64,000 nucleotides of DNA, from the NCBI GenBank assembly GCA_023213395.1, contig CM041465.1, forward strand, positions 47,251,741-47,315,740, in the 5' to 3' direction. Below are positions 34,269 through 47,499 of the stretch, in pieces (within the stretch, counting starts at the first letter, position 1; each line of letters begins with the position of its first letter). Origin of the DNA: Cycas panzhihuaensis (taxonomy: Eukaryota > Plantae > Cycadophyta). A model generated the notes under the pieces. The model saw only the letters and a list, made by a program, of their open reading frames with translations, was not told the DNA's origin and did not search any database. A program made the position numbers and the translations under genes.

Positions 34269-36763
34269 TGAGATCACTCCCATTGGGGGTATCTAGGATA
34301 ACAAACACCACTAGGGGCTAGGTCTAGGGTGCAAAACATAGTATGGAGGTGTGATGGAACCCTAGGTTACCTACGTGGGGCACTCATACACCACGGAGGT
34401 GCATATTTGGGAATATAAAAGCACATTCCCTTCTTCTTTGAATAATGCTTTAAGAAGGAGGGGACCACGATTGGACAATCCCCCTTGATAAGGGACCAAC
34501 ATGGAAAAAAAAAATTAGAAAACAAGGATAGAAGAAAGGGCAAGTGAGAGAATAGGTAAATTAACCCAAACCTTCTTAGTTAGGCAAAAGGGTATGATAG
34601 GGGCTTTATTATTGTATTGTATAAGAATAATAACAACAACAAGGGAAAGAAATAAAGAGGAGTGCAAAATAAATGAAGACCTCAATCTCTTTCCTTTTAT
34701 GATTCTTTTCCCTCTTCTTTTTTAGAAAAAGAAAGGAACAAAGAAAGGGTATAGGAGAAAAAAAGGGAACCTCACTCTCTTTGCCTTTATCTCTCTTTTC
34801 TATCTTTATTATAAGAAAGGGAAAAAGAAACATGTATGCTAATCAAGGGGAAGAAATATGGATGTAGTCATAAAAGGGGGAAATAAAGAGAAGGGAGAGT
34901 AGATGCTCCTCTCCTACATACAACCCTAGCTCAATATCCCCTTATCTCTGATATTCCTTTTGCTAAATGAGAAGGAAGAGAAACCTATTTCTTTTCCTAT
35001 AAAATAAATTCTTTCTTATTTCATGTAATACAAGACACTCCTCCCAAACCCTTATTCCCTCCTTATGATGATGATGCAACTAATAGAACAAACCATAAAA
35101 ATAGGGAAGGGATTATTTATAAATAGGGTGTGAGCTGAGAATAATAACAAGAATATAAAAAGGGAAGGAGGAAAAAGTAAGCAAAGTGCACTCAGATCCA
35201 ATAGGTGGTTGATGATGTTGCAGTCCCTCACCTCTCTTTGTCCTTCCTCTATAATGGTCATGTTGTTGGTTGAAACTGGATAATAGGGGCTCCATTTACT
35301 TGCCCCAAATGAATAAGAGCAACTAACAGAAAGCAAGTGTAGGAAAAACTAGAGGAAATATATGCAATAAGCTAATATGAAACATGGACAATGCTTACTT
35401 TACAAAAGTGCACCTTCTTCAAACCCTAGCATGAATGGAAGAGGGTTACTCCTTCTTGTACCTATAAGTTAGATCTAAAAGGAAGGCCACTCTAACAACC
35501 CTTCAATAAATCTACTTACATGGAAAAAAGAGTTAATCAATATATGTGATTAGGAAACATGTATGTAAGCATGTGAAACATATGGGAGAATGGTAACAAA
35601 TAAATGAAGATAAAGTAAGGAAGGAAGAAGCACTTTAGAATAGTGTGGCTCCCCCTATAAGGGCAATTCCCTTTAGCTACTACAACTAAGAGAAAGGCTG
35701 CCAAATCCCCAAAAACCCTAGCTATGTAACAAAACAACAATGAAGCAAAGAGAAGAAGGATAAGTTGGTGTCTCACCAAATGACAAACTACGGTTGGATG
35801 GGGGATGCCCAATCTAATGGAGAAGAAGGATGTGATGGTTGTCCAATGTAGTGCTCTCCAAACTCCCTTTGCTTGTGCTAGGTTGCTCCACTTCTTCACC
35901 TTAGCTCCCCAAGCATGTAAGTTGTGTCAAGTGTGGAAAGGTTATTATGACAAAAATTTAGCAATATTTTAGTATGGTAAGAAGAGTAAAAGATGATGGA
36001 TATCCACCCTGAAAATGGAGGGTTTTGATAGGAAAAAGCAAGGTGAGAGGGTGGTGGTTATATGCCCATAAGGTGGAGAAACCACCACCCAAAACTAAGG
36101 TAGGAATTAATAGGGAAAGTTAAATCCTTATAAAATTTGAATAAAAATTTAGTTTTAAGGTCCAATGGGAATTCCTAAGGGTGTGATGAGATGTTCTAGG
36201 CCATTGTGGCATAACATGCCCACCTAACAAGGCAACAAAAAAACTATTGGGTCATTTGGAAGGTGGTTAGATAAGGTAATAATAGTATCACAGCCAAAGT
36301 TGTAGTACCCTAAATCGTTCTACGGTACCAATTTTTGCCAATAAAAATAGTTGTGGGATGACAGTAGAAAAGGAAAACAAGGCCCAAAACTAACCTTAAG
36401 GGTACTCTAACTCCCAGACACAAACCCCAAGGTTTAAAATTATCAGTGGCCAATGGGTGTAAAAGGAAAATGATGATAAAAAGATGAGGATGGAGCTAAA
36501 AGGCAAGTTGTAAGGCTATGGGGGAGATCCCTTTTTCTAACTAATGGGCCAACTAGGGGGCTTTAAGGCCATAGGACTAGAGTCCTAGTCATCATAGGTA
36601 AAAAGGATAGACACAAGCAACCAAAATATACAAACAGGTAGGCATCTAATAACCAACAAAATGCATGTTATAAGGGCAATATAAGCAATGTGATGGAGGT
36701 GAAGATACATACCTAAAACTTCTATGTCGCCATGTTGATGCCATTCTTGGGAGCTGGGAAACA
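34269..36763 (-). repeat. F LTR copy 3 (5'-most), with a private internal deletion near 35660
   Basis: TGAGAT...GGGAAACA termini; PBS at 34251-34267. Confidence 0.9.
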
Positions 36764-37554
36764 CTATGTAACACTTGTAAAATATTTAACACATCTAATA
36801 AATATTTTATTTTGAAAAGTTATATTTTTAAATGTGAATTTAGATTTTATAAAGATAAGCTTATGAGTCTTACATATATAAATATGTACTATTCTCTTAT
36901 ACATTCATATGATTATTTTATTTGTTATTATAATGGACTAATTTCTATTTAAGTGTCTTAGCATACTACTTTTATTGTTTCTATTATGTTATTTATTAAT
37001 TTAATATTTACTATTGTTAATACATATTATTGTTATTAATTTCTATCATTTATTTTGTCGGTGCCATTTCAATTAGTATTAGATCTATCATCTTACACTT
37101 ATAGAAGAGGCGATTCACCATTAAGGGAAATATTACAACCAAGCATTTGATACATTGGATATCATAACTCGGTTGACACATATCTCTAGGTTTAAAGCAT
37201 CTACCTCTAGGTCTAAAACATGATATTAGAATATAGTAGAAATGCAATGTTAAAATACATGCACTACACATCTCAAGCATAGGATTATGAGAAATCATCC
37301 ATCATCCTCTTTCAATTAAACATTACATCATCATTTCCTTTTCATTCTACCCATAAGAACCATTCTTTAAATATTAGTGTTGTGATCTTATTTATATTCT
37401 CTATTAATATTCTACTAGTAGTAATTTCGACTCTGTTAAATTATGGAGTTCTCTAAAATTAGTTATAGCACCATTGTTAGGCATGATTTGGATTCTATTA
37501 ATAGTACTCACTAATGTTCTAAACCATACTAATCATTTCCTATAAGATCTAATT

Positions 37555-40184
37555 TGTTAAAAATTACATGATTTTACATCATCAATGGAAAATAACAAAC
37601 ACATTAAGACTATGATAACTACATATATGATAAAATAAATGAAACATACATAATAACATAATACAACCATTTACAAGAAATGATTATCTCAAATTTGCAT
37701 TATGAGATAGAACATATTTATGGTATATACCATTATATCGGTGTCACATTATATGCTATGAACCATGTAGTTGACTAATGACTAATTATATGAAGAAGTG
37801 TGCATACTAAGATCTCCTAGTATACATAAGAGGGAAAACCACCCACAACAAGAACTTAGATTGAACACTTTCCAATATTCCCCTCTTAATGTTTAATCCC
37901 TCATCACATAGGTGCTTCAAATATGATGCGAGCCCCATATAAAAGTCAAACATATATTGAAGCACATGGGTGACTAGTCATTGTATCTACTAATCCTCTA
38001 GAATGACCTTTGCATATATAGTTAACCAATATTTGCCTGCAAAGAATCTTTCACATGCTCCTATTCTACCTATTTCTAGTCCTCTTACACCTTAATAAGA
38101 AAATTAATCTAAAAATCTACATTCCCATCCACTAAATTATGGAACAAACCTACATAAATATTTATCTAAGGAAAAACATATGATAAAACACCTCTTCATC
38201 CAAATATAGATTCCATTTTTAATAGAAATAATACCTTATCAAACCATAATTGAAACTTCAAACTTTAAATCATGCCATAAAAAATCTTTAAAACATAGTG
38301 TGTCACTACTTGTTACAAATCTATATAAATCAATTATCTAACACAATATACAGAATCAAATTTTGACTTTGTATGAGGAAGATAATTAGGGTTTCCATGA
38401 GCCATTTAAAACATGAAAAAATATAAAAAAGGGTTTTAACATTTTTCTCGATTAGCTCTAGGGCATAAAAAAGTACCATGTGACCTTCCTTTGGGCACCC
38501 AACAAACTTAAAACTTAATTTAAATATGATTTAATTATATCTTTAAAATATGACAAATAAAATAAAATTAATTTTTTAGCCACCACTTTTCATATGACTT
38601 GTGTGCAACTCAACAATAAATAAATGATGATAATGATTAAATTTATAGTGAATTTATGCTTTAAAGCTCATATCTGAGGGTAGATCTATCTCTTCCATAA
38701 TTTGAAAGTCCCTCTCAAGGAACAAATTTCAATAAACAATGATCAAAACATCATGAAAATCACTCATGAAAAGAGAAGAACATCAAACACCATGCGAACC
38801 CTACATGCTAAGTTTCTTATAAATAGAGTTACAAACTATTGAAACATACTAGATTTGCATGTTAGACACCATTGTAGGCCTATACAATTGGAAAACAATG
38901 AGAAACAAGCTTATTACATCAAAAAAAATGCTCACAAGGCAAAGAGGATACCCAAAGCCAAAACAGAGCCTAGGATCAATATTCTTTACTAAAATAAGTT
39001 GTAAGCTATAAATCTAATAGTGGATCTACCTTATATATGTTGTAGAATCTCTTCAACATGTAGAAAACTTAAAATTTCTTTCCAAAACATAGAGAAAACA
39101 AGCTCAAATTATAAAACCAAGCACCCAAATCTTTATTCATCTATGGTGAGGGTTTTAAACAAATATACACACTTACTAACTGCCTATGTACATCAACAAG
39201 TCCTCATATTGTTCCCCTTAACTATTTGATAATAATAAACCCCACTACATACTAGGATTTCACCTAGCTCTACTTTTTTTATTTTTATATAGGGCTGTAA
39301 TAATTTTTGTTTTATCAATAGAACAACCACATCACCATTAACAAGAGCTAAATATAACAGTTGCACTAAACATACACTCCACACATATATAAATTCACTG
39401 CAAAACCCTCTTTAATCTTGTAACTAAAGCTTCATTCATGGATAATAAATCACTATGTGTATACTAGTATTTTCTAGCTAACATGAAATAACATAATAGC
39501 CTAAGAAATGAATAAATCCATGCAATAAACCTTTATAAGATTTATCTTTAGATACACTTACACTCCTAACTAAATTTTTAATTATACAAGCATAACCATT
39601 CTCTTTAGATACACTAACCAACATGCTCTAGGTTCTCACATGATTATGATCTAGGCACATGCATCAATATACTATAGGTACCCTACAAAAATATGGCTCA
39701 ATAGTCTTTCCATCAACCTACAACAAACTTCACCTTACAAGATAACCCCCCTCACTAGTTATAACAAACACACCTAAAATAAGTTATGAATAACAATAGA
39801 TAAGTGGATACACTTATAGTCTTATAGCCTCTCTAGGATCTGGCAACAACTCCAATGCCATGTTAAAAAAATCAAATGACTTGATATCATCAATGGGAAA
39901 TAACAAACACATTAAGACTATGGTAGTAACATACATAATAAAATAAATGAAACATATACAATAACATAAAATAACTCTTTGCGGAAAATGATCATCTCCA
40001 TTTTGCATTATAAGATAGCACATATTTATGGTACATGCCATCTCATTGATGTCCAATCACATACTAGGAACCACCTAATCAACCAATGACTAATTTATAA
40101 AAAAGTGTATACACTAAGACCACGTAATACACATAAATGGGAAAATTACCTAGAACTAGACCTCGGATTAAACATTGTCTAATG
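37555..40184 (-). mobile_element. Small non-coding, non-autonomous LTR retrotransposon (TRIM/LARD-like, 2.63 kb)
   Basis: ~323-bp direct repeats 37555-37877 and 39861-40184; PPT (rc AGAGGGGAA, 37878-37886); decayed Met-PBS-like ACTCCAATGCCA 39849-39860; TSD TAATT 37550-37554 / TAATG 40185-40189. Confidence 0.8.
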
Positions 40185-42359
40185 TAATGTGTCCAATCCA
40201 CCTTATAAATAAGCATAGAATTCATAAATATTAAGTATCACCTTTAGTATTATGGAGTACCCCTCTATTTTATGCCTCTAAATTCAATAGGATTTGAGAT
40301 CTCAATTATAGTTACTCTTATTTCCTACTCAATATATACAAGTAGTCTTTTTACATTTGTCTAGGTGATTGTGATAACATTTATACAATCCAACTTTGTA
40401 ATTAACTTCACCTAAATTGATTCTACAAGAAATACTCCCATAAATTATGCAAGATTTGTCATTCTAAACCATATATTAGAAAGGAAAAATCATTGCACCC
40501 TTTTATGAAAATCATTACATCTAATCAAGGAGAAGTAATTAATTCTTAACACATTAAAATTATTGAAACATTTGGCCTAATAACTAGAGTTAACCATTCT
40601 ATTAACCAAGGTCATTAAGTCATTAAAAATAGGAGCATTGCAACATAGAAGAAGTGGTAACAATGAATAATCCTTAGAAGTAAGAGTTTAGCTACTATAG
40701 AGAGCTTCAACATAATTTGAACTCTAAAAGTGTACCTAACAATTTAGTTATAAGAAACATATGAGGTAAATGAGCTTAATATTAACTACTATAATATGAG
40801 AATTATCTATAATATTAATTGTAGTAAGGAATTTGAAAGTATCAATAGTTGTAGAAGCATAAATGAACATTATCATCTAGGTGATGGTGATAAATACCTA
40901 ACCTTATCTAATAGTAAGGATTTTCATAACATTATATATGAGGAGGAATGGAATGATAAGGTTGATCTTAGAAAATACATAGGAAGCTATAAAATAAATA
41001 TTACTAGCCTATGTGAAGGAAATGAAGATCAATTCATAGATTAATAGTTTGATACTAGCAACAACCTATTTGGAGGTTGCTTTGAGCATGGTGAAAGTTA
41101 TAAAGCAAACAAAGTATCAACTACAATCCTACAAGTCACTATAACAAATTGATAGACCATGAAACTTTAAAAGGAAAGAAAAACATACCTATAAATAAGG
41201 CATCCAATAATAAGATATTTATTTAGGGAAAAATTATAAGGTGTTTCACAAACTTACTAATGAAATGGATGGAGACCATAGAAAAGTATCAACAAAAGGC
41301 ATGGCATGATTGCCATGTCATAACATCATAACTCAATAAAGAAAACATGTTTTATTATATCCAAATATATTCTAAATACATGAAGGATAGTTAAAAATGC
41401 ATTGGAATAAATCTTAATTAATCAAATTTACACCAATAATTCCATTCAACTAAAAAAGTTGGGTAGGAAACTACTTCCCAAAGTGGTTAATGGGAGTAGA
41501 TTGAGACCCTATTACAATTAGAATAAACGTAGTTTGAAAGAAGGAATTTTTAAATGTACTATAACATATTGCAAGGTATTTAATGATACTAAAATGAGTT
41601 AACAATAATAAAAATTATTTTAGTAGCAAGAACATTTGATACATAAAATTAAAATTTTCCAAAAAGTTTAAACAAAAAAAAAAAAACATAACATAACATT
41701 AATCATTTGACAATGATGATTGAGTTCATATAGAAAAGACTATAAAGATTATACATAACCATTTAAGGTGTTCCTAATGAAGAGAAATCCAATTATAGAG
41801 CTTTCCAATTAGCATCCCTTAATAAGTAAAATAGTATTCCAGATAGCATTTTAGTATGGAGCATTCCTCTTAATTACATTCCAATATGTAGCATTCTACT
41901 AAACTTTCTTCTAAAAAGGGCATTCTAGTGTTAAAGTTTCTATAGTAAGTATCTTAGTTTGAAACTTTTCTTAAGCCATCTAGTAAGAAAAGAAACCATG
42001 ATCCAAATTTTGCAAGAGAAAATTAATGAAAAACAAGTGGCCATACTATAGCTACATATGTAATTCAAGGGAAAAATAATCTTAAATTTTAAAATTTTAA
42101 AGCAATAACACAAGTTTTTCTTAGAGTGAGCAAGGATGCTCATCCATTCTTACATCCTAGGATAGATGTATGTAGTATAACTAGAACACAATAATTAGAA
42201 TAGAAATGGTGGTGTTAAAATGACACTAATACAATGAGGAACAACACCATCCCATCTTAAATATAGTACAAAATAGCACCATTGTCTTAGAATAGTACCA
42301 TTAGCAATTGAATGATATCAATAGACTGATACCAACTAAAAAGGGATGGTTGGTCAAGT

Positions 42360-42690
42360 AAACAAAATGGCTAGAACAATTAACCTAAATGATGAGAATG
42401 ATTAGAAAATGGAAAAAGATAAGAATAAGAATGGTTAAGGTAATGTAAATGGCTAGAAAATAGAAATTGATAGAAAATGAAATGCCTAAAAATAGGAATG
42501 ACTAAGATAATGAAAATGGTTAGAAAATAAAAATGGTAAAAAATGGGGACCATTGAGATCATGGAAACATCTAGAACATAGAAATTGCCTAAAATGAGAA
42601 TTTCCAAGATGATAAGAATAGCCAGGAAATAGAGAGGACCAAAAAAGGAGAATGACTAGAACAATAAGAAATGACCAAATGGAAATAAGT
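42360..42690 (+). repeat. Degenerate purine-rich minisatellite, ~15-18 bp unit (RAATGRYTAGAAAATR-like)
   Basis: Recurrent AAATGGCTAGAA / GAATGACTAGAA / AAATGGTTAGAA units. Confidence 0.55.
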
Positions 42691-44099
42691 AAGGTAGAAG
42701 AGTGAGTAATAAAGTGTAATTATTATTATTTATAATCAAGCATGTAATTAATGAATAGTTATCGAAAGACACATATGAAAAGTAGTGTCCATTATGGAAA
42801 GGCACCATTTGTGGGATGCATAGTCCATCCTCACACTTTGTTTAATGTAAGAATCAAAGCACTTGTTCCCTTGTAATGTTCTTTACTATGAGAGTCAAGT
42901 ATAATTTTAGCCACCATTATTAGAATGAATGAGTTATGTGGATCTCATGTGTATGCATGAGGTATGGATATTTGGTGCTTGAAAATAACTATGTATATGG
43001 TAGCATACCCTGATGTGTAGAAGCAAGAATTAATGTGCTAACTACCTAGAATTGAGACTTGAACCATCGAAGATTGACATTGATGTATGACCAAAAGATA
43101 AAGGGCAATATTAGGATAAATAATATATTATCTTATAGTCAATAGGGGTGGGCACATATGCTTGTGCACAATGCTTATGAAGGAAGTAGATCATACTCTC
43201 AATAAGGCATACAAGGAACATAAACAATCACTACTTGCTAAAATTAGTAAGAGTTTAATTAACCATTTAAAGGACTAACTAACTATAAACTCTAATTATA
43301 TGCATGGTACAAGGCCAACATGGCCTCCCCATGATGAAAATAATTCAAAACAAGCATAACTTTAACCATGGCAATGACTAAAATTACTTAAAGTTCATAA
43401 GCCTCATGGCTATAACAAATCCAAAATTTTGGTAAGGAAGATTTTATGGGCTTTTTATAGTTAACAACAAACCAAACACTCCACCCCCACAGCTAAACAT
43501 TTCAGAAATAAATTCATAAATGAGTTAAATTTCTAAATGTATTTGCTAATATTTCCAAGATTCTATTGAAGCAAATTTATTGTATTCACCAAATTTAGAG
43601 CATATTAAATGGAATATGTTAAGGAATTATAGTTTTTAAATGATCATCAAGTTATTTATTATTTTAAATATTGAAAAGATTCCCTAAACATTTATATATA
43701 TAAAAAATGAATTACTCCTTAAAGCTTTTCCTAAATCTTAATTGATTTTTTTGTAGTTAATTATGGTGAAAATATTTTTTATTTTAAGCTCCCTTTGTTG
43801 GGTTGTGGTCCTATGACCCTTTCCCTTTGGAGCTTTGTGTGGTTTGTTTGTGTTTAGTATTAACAAAGGCTTGGCACACCAACTATCCTAGGGCTACTTG
43901 TTTTCTCACTTATCATATGACTCCTTCAATTTATCATTGATATATTCAGAGTTTCATGTCTTATGCACTTGTCTAACTATCTTGATGTATGCTAGTCTTC
44001 ATACACACATGTAATAAGAAACAATCATAGAAGCATGTTCATAATATATAATATTGCAAAATAATGATTTTCTCATAACTAATTATTTCATTAAACAAA

Positions 44100-45065
44100 T
44101 GTAAGTACAATTCTTACAACTTTGGATATGCTTAAATGTGTCAACTTTCACACTAGAGAGGATGATATGATTAATTAAAGTAGTTTTCACACTAAATATC
44201 AAATAAGAATGATATATTTAAACCCATATACATGGCCAATTTGACTAAAGGTTACAACCATTTCACATGGCCATTGATTTTTCATAACAAAACATGAATT
44301 ATGGATGATAGCATGTGTTAATTGTCCATGCCTTATATGTTTGTGGATAGCAGTATAGTTGATGTCAAAGTTGTATAATATTTAAGGAACTATTTCATGC
44401 TAACTATTTTAATTCTTTACAAAAATTCCTATCTACTTATAATAATTCCCATTCTTCCATAGACTAGAAATCATTCCTCAAGAGTTGTTATGTTGACCTA
44501 CAACCATTCCATCAATTCCCATAGTTGTCATAATTACTCTTAAGTAGGATTTACATTATTTCTTCTTTGCCTTGTATTCTTTAGCATGTTAGAACCACTC
44601 CTAAGATTGTCCTTAACCATTCCAAGTGCCCAAGTGCTAAATTTTCATCATACATTTAGCATTAGTGGTTAAATAATTTAGTTTATATTTAGCATTAGTG
44701 GTTAAAATCTCAATGTGGTTTATGGATTTTGTACAGTTAGTCAATTGATGACTTTGGCACCTTGTGAAGTGTGCATATGTTTAGAGCATTTTTTGTCATA
44801 TGGGATTATAACCTAGTGTGCTTTAGCTTAGTGGAACCTCAGGCTTAAGTGAAACTCTCATTCCTACATCCTATTGGTTTGTGCCTACCACTCTAGCTAT
44901 TGAGCATAATTTGGAGCTCGCAATGAAATCTTGGGAGGTATGGTCTCTTAGGTGATTTCTCTCCTCTTTTTTAGGTGTGACCAAGAATGATAGAGTCTTT
45001 TTTCAAAAATAAGTAGTAAAGAAAAAAGTATTGTTCTTTTTCTCAAGTAACTCTCTACTCAAAGA
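44100..45065 (-). pseudogene. Highly decayed Ty3/Gypsy integrase and RNase H end (LINE insertion target)
   Basis: Minus-strand CYPQTYKAWTIN (~44317-44352) resembles YHPQTDGQTE; a VDHSLK...E*RVT remnant of RH TDHQSLKYLLEQR spans the LINE junction into 51845-52000. Confidence 0.5.
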
Positions 45066-45146
45066 GGTGAGGAGGCGAACCAGGAGGCGATTACAGTCTA
45101 GGGTTTCTATTGTGGCGACGAGAAGAGAACAATAGATTTGGACGCT

Positions 45147-47470
45147 ATGGTGTCCATTGAATGGCAAAGGTAAGGTTGGCTGGACTGGGCACAGTGGATG
45201 TAATGGGGCATGGTGTTACCATGATCTATCTGGGACGAAAGGTGAACCAAAGGCAAAGGATATTTAGTTCTATTTGGACCTAATCAAGCCATGTACTAAA
45301 CCTTGTGAAGGCATCAGAGTGGGAGGCATTCAAAGACTACAAATCAGGGCTCACACGGTATAGGTGGTAGTGCAAGGAGACTCGAGGGTTAGGACATGGT
45401 GGCTTTCTTTAGAAAGCATAGGATGGACAATCTGGGAGGTATCTAAAGACTTCACTAGAGAGACTTTTCCCCACGTATTTGCTATGATAGAAGGAAGGTA
45501 GGATGTGAGGATAGATAGGTACTACTCAGAAGTAGACAGGCTGCATAAAAAATTAGAATGGGAAGCTGGTAACGGAGGACACCCAGAGAAGGATTTGTTT
45601 GGCATACACCCGAACTAGAAAAGACTGTTAAAACAGGAAGGGATGAGGACATGGTCCCATAAATCCAATGGTATCTATTGGAGATCCAGTCAGAGATAGA
45701 GATTAATATGGAGAGGAGGACCTCGAGTTATCCAAGTGCTAGAGGAACCAGGCCAAAAGCAGAGATCCAAGGAAGGCAGATGTGTAGGTGCATGGTGCTC
45801 CAAACAGAAGGAGAAGGGCAAGCTCAGAATCTGCAGAATCAAATGCATGGTGAGTCCATGATGTTACTTCAAGTTTTTGTGTTTGTAATCTAAATGATGT
45901 AAGTTCCAAAATAGACTCAGTCCTCGCCCCCAGGCAGGACTTACCTTGATGTTGTGAGGAATGGAAACCCTGAAGAGTATGAGATCCACCCTATTAAGAT
46001 TGGGAATAGGTTTAAAATTTGAGTCCCAAAAGAGGTAACTGACAAAACTATCCAATATTGGGAAAATAATTTAGTGGGTAGGTTTTCAGGACCCAGACCC
46101 CAGTTAGACATTATTAGAGATTGGATCTAAAATAAGTGGAAAACAAGGAACCCAGTTGAGGTTATGGCCATGGCAAAGGGATGCGTCCTCTTTAGGTTCA
46201 CTAATCAAGAGGATATGATAGCTATACTCCTAAAATCCCCTTGGATGTTTGGGAGAAAAGCCATGACGCTAGAGAAGTAGCACCCAGATTTCGATCCTGG
46301 AACTCCAATGGTAAAACAAGCCCCAGTATGGGTGCAGATGCCAGGGCTTCCCCTGCATATCTGGAACCTAGAGGTGGTCAAAGGGGTGGCCAGGACGATT
46401 GGGCCTTTACTAGCAATAGACTCAGTGACAAAACATAGATCTTTATTGATGAATGCAAGATTCTGCATCCTTATTAGGCTTGACAGTGATCTCCCAGCTG
46501 ATGTAGAGATCGAGTCAGTAGGAAGGTCCATCATTCAAAGTTTATACTTTGAAGTGGAAGGTTTTAGATGTGCAAAGTGTAAGTATAGGGGGCACCTTCC
46601 CTATCAATGCCCAGGGGTTCCATTAAGAATGGATAAGGTGGAAGGAAGCAAAGAGAAAGAAGACAAAGAAATTGAAGCAATCAGAGGGGAGGCCTTGGAA
46701 GCAGGCACGGATAAGGTAGCTAAGGAAATGGATAGGAAAGAGATAGAAGGTGAAGGAAATGAGGTATTTAGAGGTGAAGTAACATATGCTGTTAATGATA
46801 AGACCCAAAGGGGGTTAGGTCATGTATCGATCCTAGAATACGGTGTGGCAGCGGTATGTCCCAAAGATAAAATAAAGATTGGAGAGGCTCTGGGGGCAGG
46901 TAATGACAAGGAAGCCCAGGAAGATGGTAGCAAATAGAAAGAAGAAGAGGTAGGCAGAGGTGAGAACAAGGTTGAAGAAATCCTCAAAAACAGGGGACAG
47001 ACATCGATCTCAATTTTGGGATTGTCGGTAGAGGGTCCCAAAGATCATACAAAGGATGTCAGTCAGGCGACTATGGGAGGGGACATTCCCCCAACTACGA
47101 TAGAGCTGGCTCTGGCTCAGATTATGAAGAACATCAATTAGGATTTGGAGGATTACTTCTTAGAGACAGAAGAGGGGGGGCTTTAGGACCCTGCCCAAGT
47201 AGAGGGTCAAGTAGGAACCATAGCAGAAGTGCTTCTGAGGGGTTAAAGGAATGTAACCGAGAAAGGGAGGAGGTGGGACTCGAAAATAGGTCTCAAAAGG
47301 TAATATATCAGATCCGAAGAAGGCTCCAGACTATGGGCTAGAGAAGAAGGTAGGAAGACCTCCCAAAAAGGTAACTAAGGAGAAGGAAACAATGGCCTAG
47401 ATTGACATGGGATACTAAAGTACTTTAAAGGACGGGGGGGTGTTAGAGGGTCCTCTCCTCAAAAGTAGGA
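45147..47470 (+). pseudogene. LINE ORF1 (DUF4283-like domain and CX2CX4HX4C knuckle); start and end approximate
   Basis: LVGRF...FRFTNQED...PWMFG, PVWVQMPGLPLHIW, ARFCILI, CAKCKYRGHLPYQC. Confidence 0.8.
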
Positions 47471-47499
47471 AAGGATGATGGTAGGGGCTTTGGATATCC

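Larger units (their letters stand above)
19123..36763 (-). mobile_element. Tandem dimer F: LTR-internal-LTR-internal-LTR, non-autonomous Tat/Ogre-like Gypsy (gag-PR-RNase H motif, no RT/INT seen)
   Basis: Three ~2.5-2.6 kb LTRs and two homologous ~4.8-5.1 kb internal units, each with PBS and PPT; flanks rejoin into B's LTR with a degenerate TSD CTCTA 19118-19122 / CTATG 36764-36768. Confidence 0.9.
4455..36800 (-). mobile_element. Old Tnt1/Tork-like Ty1/copia element B, host of five nested insertions
   Basis: 3' LTR remnant 4455-4585 with PPT (rc AAGTGGGAGAC, 4586-4596); decayed RH/RT/INT/gag in 4600-5373, 8512-10571 and 13114-14210; degenerate PBS ~14283-14293; 5' LTR split into 14296-14521, 18906-19122 and 36769-36800, the last two matching 4455-4585. 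Confidence 0.85.

Noticed and set aside
19123-36763. F repeats as an assembly duplication
   Set aside because: Copies differ substantially, with transition bias and private indels
40796-41044. 82-aa ORF as a gene
   Set aside because: No recognisable domain; at most a decayed transposon fragment that I cannot classify
42360-42690. Short repeats as a CRISPR-like array
   Set aside because: Degenerate tandem units without unique spacers; eukaryotic transposon context and no cas genes
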